The translations under genes and the position numbers were made by a program. Shown here piece by piece: positions 1-64,000 of a DNA stretch of 64,000 bases. Source of the stretch: Camelus ferus (Eukaryota); contig NC_045696.1 in assembly GCF_009834535.1 (NCBI RefSeq), forward strand, positions 27,220,001 through 27,284,000. Direction: 5' to 3'. Below the pieces are notes generated by a model that worked only from the letters and a program-made list of their open reading frames with translations, had not been told where the DNA came from and ran no database searches. Position 1 is the stretch's first letter. Each line of letters begins with the position of its first letter.

Positions 1-213
1 GAGGGCACGTCCACACACTGAGGAAAGATGAAGTGAAAACACAGGGAGAAGGTAGTCATCTACAAGCCAAGGTGAGGGGCCTCAGAAGAAACCACCCTGC
101 CAACACCGTGATGTTGGACTTTTAGCCTCCAGAGCTGTGAGGAAATACATTTCCGTTCTTCGAGCCACCTAGTTTCTGGTACTTCATCATGGCAGCCCTA
201 GAAAACTAATACA
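1..213 (+). mobile_element. ERVL-MaLR LTR 3' part (MLT1B-like)
   Basis: ggacttttagcctccagagctgtgaggaaataca...atggcagccctagaaaactaataca resembles the recalled MLT1A-C 3' end; ends in CA. Confidence 0.85.
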
Positions 214-2813
214 AATCTGACTGATAAGGATCATCATAAATTATTCTCTATCGGTTAAGACGTAGCTGCTCTTGAGCTTTCTTTACATAGTTCACATAAA
301 TTTGGCAAAGGAAATTGATATTTCGAACAAAATATACAAAGCAAAGACACTACACACTCAGGCCTGATATACCATATACTGCAAAGGGTTCACAGAGGAA
401 GCCTATTGACAATAATCAAATTCATCCATCATAGTTGATATATTTTAATCATTAAAAAGCAAAAATGAAAAAACCCTTCCATGTCTTAACTATATTTAAT
501 TCTCATTTACACGATTGGCAGCTTTTTAAATTCTCTTTCCCCCTTTCCCTCTCTTTTTCAATAATTGTACAAATTATATCTGCCATTGAGTTTCTTCATG
601 AAATGGATTGTGAATATTTTTTCAAAAAATATGAAAATGATTTCTGATAAAATTATTTGTTTCCAAGCTATAACTACTATCAAGAGTATGCACATTGTTT
701 TACTTAGTGCATTGTGAAGTATTTGCATTTAAATTATTTTAACCAATATGCATTATGGAAATGTATACAATAACACATAGCTTTGTTATTTTTTCTTTAG
801 CATATCAGAAAGTGTCCAGAGTTAAATTCAAGACTTGTTAGTACAATAAACATAACTAAAAGACAGATGGTTATCAAAATGCTAAAAGGAAGTTAAAGCC
901 AGTATTTAAAAAACAGCTTTAGTTAAATCTCCATTTTGTCTATTTTTGTGACTTAGAGAAAATAATTACTGGCTTCTACACTGTAGTATATACTATGGAA
1001 ATTCTGCATAATCACTTATGAAATGAACACTTTTTGAGTTTTAAACAACATTTCATACAAACGTTTTGGCTTTACAAATATTTTAACATATTTCTTTGGC
1101 ATTTCTGATATTAACTTAGAATAACTTGGTTGCTTCATCATTTGGTTAAATAGCTATTATTCAGGGTTTAGTTAGAATTTATATTTAATTATTAAACACA
1201 CTGAAATAAGTACCACAGAATGCAGGACAATAAATATAGACCACAATTTTCAAGCATAGTGTAATTTATAACTGCAATGCTATGCCCTTTAACTGGCATG
1301 TTTACATTATTTAAAGTATTTTTTAAAGCATCACTCAATGCCAGAAGCCCCTCAGAACAAGTGTAAATAAGAGGTAGAAAGAGCTACACAAAGCTTTAGT
1401 CCAGATTTTCTTCCTGATGTATTAAACCTAGATGTATTTACATCAAGGTTTGATGTTTGACCAGTTTTTCTGTTAGGAGCACTCTCTTCTAGATAATAAA
1501 AACTGATAGAACAGCTATAAAACTTGTAAAATGCCATTACAGGGGTCCCATAAATGTAAAACTGCCAATAGAGTTTGGGGATTTACACCTAGTGTTTGTC
1601 CCTTCACAGAGGTAAACATGCACAAAGCCACGATAATAACCCTTCAAGAACAGATAATATTCTGACAGCTCAGATTCACTGACAAAAGAGTCCTGGGCAG
1701 GATCCAGGAGGCCCAGGTGCGTGGTGTCATGCCAGTATTTAATGTAGTCTAGTATCAGATAGATGCTAGCGAGAGAAAATACTCCGAATAAAGTACAGAT
1801 TACAGCACGGACAGCCACTCATTGCAAAATTACTAGTGCTCATCATGCTGTGAGCTTTGTATTAAATTTTTCTGTCAAGTGGCAGGAATCACAGGGAGAA
1901 GTGCCTCAGAAAACCCTCCTTGTAACCTTGGATAAGGATCTATAATGTTAGGCTTTCATATGATAATGGCAAATGATGCCCTTTTTGAAAAATTGCTGAC
2001 TGGTAATGAAAGTTCTAATCAGATTGTGGTTGGAGAGGACCAGGAGGTGGGCAACGATGCCCCTGACAACCTTCCCCCACCCCTTTAGCAAATTTAGCAA
2101 ACTTGACAAGATGAGTGAGTCTGAGAGAATTTATCTTACATGAATTTCCAACAAAGCCCGTGGGGTTGTTTTATAAAACGGGAAGGTGGTGGTTTAATAA
2201 ATGCTGGGCCACCTGAGGCACTTTCATTAAAGGCTTTCTCTAGACAACATCACAATGTTTGCATTAGTCTCCTGTGCTCCCTAGAGAATATAAGCCTTAC
2301 CTCTTCAGTGAGAGTCAATATTGCATGTGAAGGCATGGAGGAAGATGATTCGATTTGCCTTCTGGTGCACAAATTAACTGTTTGTAGCACCACTACGGTT
2401 AGAGTTAATACCCAAATGAGTTTATTGTCTTCTCTTTGAATGCAAAATTCCCCAGGAAACAGAATGAGGACACTTTGGAAGAGTGTCAGTGAATCTGATG
2501 AAGGTTAACCCTACGCTATTACTCCAACAACAATAATGTGTATTTGTTTAAAACTATAAAATAACCTTTTAAGAACATTAAAAGTATTATCCACTGTTTT
2601 AGTTTCTTAAATAACCCACTTATTAGAACACTGCAGGGACTTGAGATGCCTGACAAGATATGGAAGTCAATCATTCCTATAAGTAATACGAGGCTTACTG
2701 TTAATGAATTTTTAATGTAATTTCTAACGTCAGTAGATGCATTTTCAAGTCATAGAGAGCCAGGGTAGAGAGGCGAGATTCATAGATGTTTTCATCCGTT
2801 TCAATGGACTTAC

Positions 2814-57560
<54,747 letters not shown>

Positions 57561-59399
57561 CTAATTAAACAAGTAATTGATGTAGGAGACATGCACTATT
57601 CAGAATGCATTTCTGTGATGTACTGATTCAGAATATTAAAATGAGACACCATGTACTCCTTTCACATGGCCAACCACTGACTAGGCTTGCTGCATTGTCA
57701 AGGGACCTATTTAACTGAAGAGTCCAGAGGCTAAATAAGGACTGTGGATGGTGACGTAGATGCACAGCGGTGAGAAGCTGAACGTTGTACTTTTTCATCT
57801 TTAAACTATGTAAAATACAAGACACAACAAAAAGACCATTTATCCCAAGGAAACCTATGAGACAAATTTTCATAAATGAACCAAAGCCAACTTGGTAATC
57901 GTTCTGTGTCCAACAGAAAAAAATAATGGTATATCACCATGTTTGACAATTTCATATTCAAAAAGTGCTTTGGACTTTGATAACTGACAAATCAATACAA
58001 TTAAGCTCTTTTTACCTTGGAATTTTTTCTATTAAATGAATACATAGTTAAAATTTCCCAAGCCAAATGAATTCAGAGAAATTGGAAAACTGTCCAAATA
58101 TATTGTTGGTAGGCTAATCCAAAACTGTAACTCAAGCTGATATCCTAGCCCAGGGAATATCACACTTCCATATCAGAATTATAGGACTGGGAAGACACTT
58201 CTGCTAATTCTATTAAATTAATAGTTTTAATGTCCTATGAAAGGAAACAATGGGAGGCATTTCTATAACGTATAAAAATTATTCTTATTATTATACAAAA
58301 AAAAATCTAAAAACTTTATCTGAGATAATAAAGTCATAATCTAAGGGAAAATCCAAAACGATTGTAGTGGAACTACAATAAATCCTGCATTAGAGAGATG
58401 TTCTGAGCCCCTGACCTGGGCAATTTAGGTGAAATTCCTTAAGTAGTTTTTTAAATGAATGAACACTAAAAATTAAAGTTGATTTTTCATTATTAAACTT
58501 AAAAATTCTGAATATCAGTTAACAATTTATTAAGTCACAAATATTCAAAAGACAAATCTAAGAAGTTGCCTGATTAAAGAAAACTGGTTGCCAGAGTAAC
58601 TACATTTTGGATGCAACCGTTTGCAAAGCTGGATGTGTCATGTTCAAAGTCTTATGCACCAAAGATTTTTTACAAGCTGGAGTCACACTTCCATTTGTCC
58701 CTCATTTTTCATGCAGTAATTATTAGTTTGGGGCATTCAATCTCAGAAAAACGAGAAAGCAGAGAGTGAAATCAGTAACTGTGCATTTTCACGCCGCTCC
58801 TCCAGTTCCCTTCCACCCTTGGTTGCTGGTGTGAAATCTGTTAATACTGGAGGCTGAGGGCATATTAGAAGGCTGGAGCTTGAAACTTGGCAGGAGTGTT
58901 TTAGATACTCCACGGATGAAAAAATATAAGCCAATAATTCCTTTGCTTAGACTTGTTTAATCTTTTCTACATTATCTGTTGAGATTGGCTACAATCAAAT
59001 TAGAGGCCCCTCCTGGTAAGCATGAAAAAATAATGATAGTATTTTATTGCATTGGGGTTTTTATAAGAATCTGCCACCTGTGTTCCCTTGATTATAAGAA
59101 TAAATAATAATTAATTAAATTAGTAATCAGAGTGGTTCTCTATAACTGATTATAATGAAGTCCAGTAATGGAGAGGTTTACATTCGGTAGTCCTGTTATA
59201 TTTAGAAACAATCCAATATCTGGGGATTTATTCAAGTTTCTGTATCTTTACAGTTCTTTGATGTTTACATCATATTTAGCATCATCCATACCTCCTTATC
59301 CTGTCCCAACACAGTTTAATGATGTTTCTCTGTTATTGATTTCTTCCTGGTTTACACTGGGCAGTTGACAAAAATAAAGAAAAGAGGAGTAGTGTTGAT

Positions 59400-59585
59400 T
59401 ATCAGGCTACACCATCTGTCATGTGTCTTTGGGCAAGTTCCTTAAATTATATAAGCCTCAGTGTTTTATCTGTAACATGAGGATAATAATACTTGTTCTA
59501 ACCAGCTCAGGAGATTGCTATGATTTAAGTGGAATAATAAATATGAAAGTGCCTTGCTAATTGCAAAAAGCTAGACATTTATATG
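59400..59585 (+). mobile_element. MIR SINE
   Basis: tgtgtctttgggcaagttccttaa...gcctcagtgttttatctgtaacatgaggataataatac. Confidence 0.7.
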
Positions 59586-59934
59586 AATTGTGCTATCCAC
59601 TTATCCTTTTCTATAAAACTATAATATGTAAGTAAGAGGAGGAAAAGTTCATAAGAGCAATTTTACATTTTTAGGTAGAGAAAATGATTAGTGTTGTTAC
59701 ATATTAGAATAAAATACTGATGAAATGTTTAAATTTACACAAACTAAAGTGTGTAGTACATACAGAAGTCAACCCTAAATTTAGGGTTTATGAGGAAAAC
59801 TTCAAATAAAGATTCTAACATCTTACATTTGGATTATTTGAATGAATTATCAGCTAATAAAATAGGATGTGTAAGAAACAGAAATTCAGTTTAAAGAAAG
59901 TTAAATGCATGGACTTTGGAATCAGAAAGATATA

Positions 59935-60124
59935 GCACTGTGAAATAAAAATGTTCCACATCTGTTCCCTAATATAGAAGCCAAGAGATTCCAGTGGCTA
60001 CTGAGCACCTGAGAGTGGCTGGTGTGATTGAGGAACTGAATGTGTAACTTAGTTTAATTTTAAGTAATTTTCATTCTAACTTAAATGGTCTCATGTGCCA
60101 AGTGGCTACCATATTGGACAGTGA
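59935..60124 (+). mobile_element. MER3 (hAT-Charlie) nested within a MIR (~59900..60312)
   Basis: gtggctactgagcacctg...gaggaactgaat...gtggctaccatattggacag; MIR head before, MIR core gcctcagtttcctcatctgtaaaatg after. Confidence 0.75.
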
Positions 60125-61909
60125 AAACTTTTGTTTTAAATCTCATTTCTGCTAGTTTGCATCAGAGGGGTTTGGGCATAACTTTTCACCATTCTCTGCC
60201 TCAGTTTCCTCATCTGTAAAATGAGATATCAGATTTGAAATTGCTGGAAAATTCTTAATGAAAAATTCTTAGCACAGTGCCTGGCACAAAGGAGCCACTG
60301 AATAACTGTAACTTCTTATGAGTCAACATCAGCATAGTGGTGACAGTGGTGGCGGTGGAGTCGGTATGAGCAGAGTAAAGGGTGATACGCCCCTGTTAGA
60401 GCAGAGTTTACAAAAGTTTACCTATTTCCCTCCACGTTCAATGAAAGATTTAAAGATCCTAAAATGAGGGTATATCATCAGAGGTAATTTTGTCACATCA
60501 AAAATAATGATCATGTAAAGACTATGTTAATACATATAAATATGTTTATAAAATAATTCTGCATGAAAAAAGAAGACAATTACATACACACAGACTGGTT
60601 TAAGTATGTAAAATTGACATTTATACACCAACAAACATCAGAGTTATAATCACAACTGCCATCTGTTTGCAAACATATCTCAAAAACCTATGAGTTAGGC
60701 TGTAAAATATCTCATGTCAGCAATTAGGGAACTGAAACATTGAAAGCTCGAGTGACTTGTCGAAATCAGAAAGTTAGTCATCGGAAATCATTAGTAATTG
60801 AAAGTTAAAACTCTTTCCATTGTGTATCAATAGCTTTTGAGAGATTAATGCAAGTGATTTTAAACTTTACTCATCATTTAATCATCATTAACTAATTTTC
60901 CTTACATTCTAGCAATAAAGAGAAGAAACATTTTCAATTAAATAGGTGATATGCACTTCTGTGTTCCTGAGTCAACTGCTCTTTGGGGTAGACCTCGGCT
61001 ACAGAAAAACAACATTTCAAAGACAGCTGCTACTCTACCATACTCTGGGCCTCACGCTTTCTCCTGCCTCTGCCTTTGTTCTGTTTGCAAACAATAAAGA
61101 AAGAAGGTCAGGAAACTAAAGTCAAATAGAATTCAGAAAGCACTCTGCCTGCTACCTGTCCTCTTGATTGGACTTGATAGTATGTAAATACTGATATTGT
61201 CAGCACTCACAATAGTACAAGTTCACTTACGGAAGAAGTAGTTCACAGTTGTAAGTTGTTTGTACACTATCTATGGACTCCAAAAAAATAAAACTAAACT
61301 AAAAATACAGTACCACCACAGCAAACACAAAACCACCTTAAATCTCCCCAGAGACTGTAAGATGAAATAGGACCTTTGGTGTTAGGAGTGAATTGCCTAC
61401 TAGGCATGGACCCCCAATCCACAAATTTAGGCGTTTTGTTTTCATTTTAGTTTAGCAAAAGTTGATACACTTGATCTATTCTCACAAATGTAACAAACAA
61501 TTCATGATAAAGCCATGTCGAAGGGCATAGAAAGTAGAAAGTTTTGCTTTCAATGATTAATTATGAGAATAGTAAGAGATAACTTGAAAATATTTTATCA
61601 TAATTTATTTGGCCTTTTTCCATGTACATCTTTACATACAAGTTGCTTTATAAAGTTGCAGTTATACATATATATATAATTCTATGTTCTTTTTCTATAT
61701 ATTGATTATCAAATTCATTACATGGTCTTCACAATCATCATTTAATAGCTGTAATGTATGTAAGAAACTGTAAAAACATTTTAGGTCATTCTAACTTGTT
61801 GGAGTCAAGATATTAGATATTTAATATGTATCAAAGACAGGGTTAAGAGTGTGGACTTTTGAGTGAGACAATCCTAATTTTGAATTCTGACTTAACCAAG
61901 AGCTAGCTG

Positions 61910-62390
61910 TTCATTCATTCCTTCTATGTTTCATCCACTTATTCAAAAAATACCTACTGAGTGTCTACCATGTGTCAGACTTTGGTGGATTTTGGGTACA
62001 AATTTAACCTAGTTGGACATATATGGGTCCGACTTTCATGGAACTCAGTGTCTAATGAATATAGAAACATAAACAGAGAAGATAGGAAAATAAAGGAAAA
62101 ATCTGTGTATACATGTCAGGAGGTAGGGGCATAGAACCAATTTTTAAGGAGTTAGGGAATGCTTCTCGAAGGAAGTGAAATTTCAAGTCAGTAGAAAGAG
62201 CATGCGCAGGAGTCTTAAGACAAAGGAAAAGCCTATCCAACACAATAAAATTTGGGCATGTGAGAAACATAGTATTCAAAACCAAGCCTGTCGAGGTCAT
62301 ACGATGAATTGTAAAGGATATTAAGGAATATAAACTTTATCTTGAGAACACTGGGAAACAAAATAATGAAATTAATGTATTTAAAAAGTT
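61910..62390 (-). mobile_element. L2 3' fragment
   Basis: ttcattcattc...attcaaaaaatacctactgagtgtctaccatgtgtcagac (reverse L2 tail). Confidence 0.7.
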
Positions 62391-62399
62391 CCTCCTGAA

Positions 62400-63845
62400 T
62401 TTTTCCTTGCATTTGAAAAGGGTGTCTATAATATCCTAGCCAACATTATATTTACTGGTGAAATAGAAAATGCTTTCTCCTTGAAGTTAGGATCAAGAAA
62501 AATTCGTCCCTTATCACCAATTCTACTCATTATATTGGAGATCACAGATAATATAGGACAAGAAAAGAGAAGTAAAAGGTTTACATATTGGAAAGAAAAG
62601 TAAACTGGTTTATTTGCAGTTGACAGATTGTGTTCAGAGAAATTTCAAAACAATCTACAAACTCTTAGACATAATGGGTGGATTTAGCAAAGATGCTCTT
62701 TACAAAAGTCAATTGTACATCTTGCCTCAAACAATACAATAATAAAATGTATATGTATATATAAATATATATATATATGCAATCACATCAAAAATCATGA
62801 AACATTATAGGTATAAATCTGTTAAAATGTGTGTAAGACTTTGAAAAATATAAAATATTGTTGAGAGAATTAAAGATCAAAATAAATTTATATCTATATA
62901 TGGAATATATGTCATTTCCCTAAATTGAAAGCCTCAATTTGTTAGGATGTTAATTCTCCTTAAATTGTTCAATAATTTAGGTGGAACTAAAATTTAAAAA
63001 GATTTTTTTGTTTGTCCAGGATACGTGTGTTTGTGTGTTTGTATGAGCATGGGAATTGTCAAGCTGATTTTAACATTTATAAGAAAATGCAGAAGACTTC
63101 TAATAGCCAAATGAAGATAAGAAAAAGTTGGAGACTTACACTACTAGTTTGTAAGGCTTAGTACAAAGCTATAATAATTTAGAGTATATACACTTGCATA
63201 CATAGATTAATGGAATAAAAGAGAATAGACGTGAATTACCACGTTTATGTTCATTTAAATTATGATTAAGATGCCACTGCACTTCAGTGGGGAAAGGACT
63301 GTCTTTTCAATAAGTGATGCTGAAACAATTAGTATCCATATAAGGGAGGAAAGGAATTTTGACCCTTATTTTACACCATACACAAAATTATTTAAGAAGG
63401 ATTAAAAACTTAAATCTCAAAAGTATAGACAATAAAGATTCCAGAAAAAACATGGGAGAATATCCCCATGGATGGTCTCAAGGTAGGACAGGAAATAAAA
63501 AGCAGCAGGTATAAAAGAAAAAATAATACATTGGTCCTCATTAAAAGTAGTTACTTAAGCCTTAAAATCATCATCAAGAGAATGGGAAGAAATATTTATG
63601 ACACGAATACCTGACAAAGACTTGTGTCTGAAATATATGAGAACAATTTTTAAAAAGGGAAATGAATATATGCATCCACCAAAAGGCAAAGCAAGATAAT
63701 TGATTGCTCCTGCCCACCAACAGACTTGTACAGGTATATTTAACTTTCTTCATAAAAGCCCTAAACTGGAAACAGCCCATCAAGAAAAGAGTACATAAAC
63801 TGTGAGCTATTTACACTGTGGAATATTATACAGCAACAAAATGTA
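62400..63845 (+). mobile_element. Degraded old L1 ORF2 fragment (RT to C-terminal region)
   Basis: agccaacattata..tactggtgaa, tatttgcagttgac (FADD-like), agtggggaaaggactgtcttttcaataa, cacactgtggaatatta-like motifs; no open frame. Confidence 0.85.
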
Positions 63846-64000
63846 TCTATGTTTATTTTATGTACATATGTGTGTATACACCTACTCTCTACTTTTTGAA
63901 AGTTCATTTCATGCCATTTTGCTTTCATGAAAGACTACATTAAGTACCTGTTTTGGTTAACTGAAGTAAATCTGAAGTGGATTTTTACTTTTATGAAAAG

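Overview
This is AT-rich mammalian genomic DNA lying entirely inside the ROBO1 (Roundabout-1, Slit receptor) gene, which runs on the minus strand. I traced 18 consecutive coding exons from 57466 down to 2814. They total 3093 nt (1031 codons) and all junction phases are compatible. By my recollection of human numbering these are roughly exons 11-28 of 31. They encode Ig5, FN3-1 to FN3-3, the juxtamembrane and transmembrane region, and most of the cytoplasmic tail (CC0, CC1, CC2). The flanking exons lie outside the window. The introns carry ordinary eutherian repeats (MIR, L2, L1, MLT1 LTRs, MER3/58/81/82/94) plus three young tRNA-Ala-like SINEs with target-site duplications resembling camelid Vic-1, so the host is probably a camelid (inference). 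I found no demonstrably new biological system. The best leads are splicing and regulatory: a 27-nt microexon with a strong upstream decoy acceptor that would stop translation just after the TM segment, RBFOX/NOVA motifs downstream of it, an internal acceptor that deletes CC0, a GC-AG intron, a CpG-retaining intronic segment with a donor site, a near-consensus CTCF site, a double-E-box cluster and a twin-primed inverted L1. Repeat subfamily names come from recalled consensus sequences and their boundaries are approximate.
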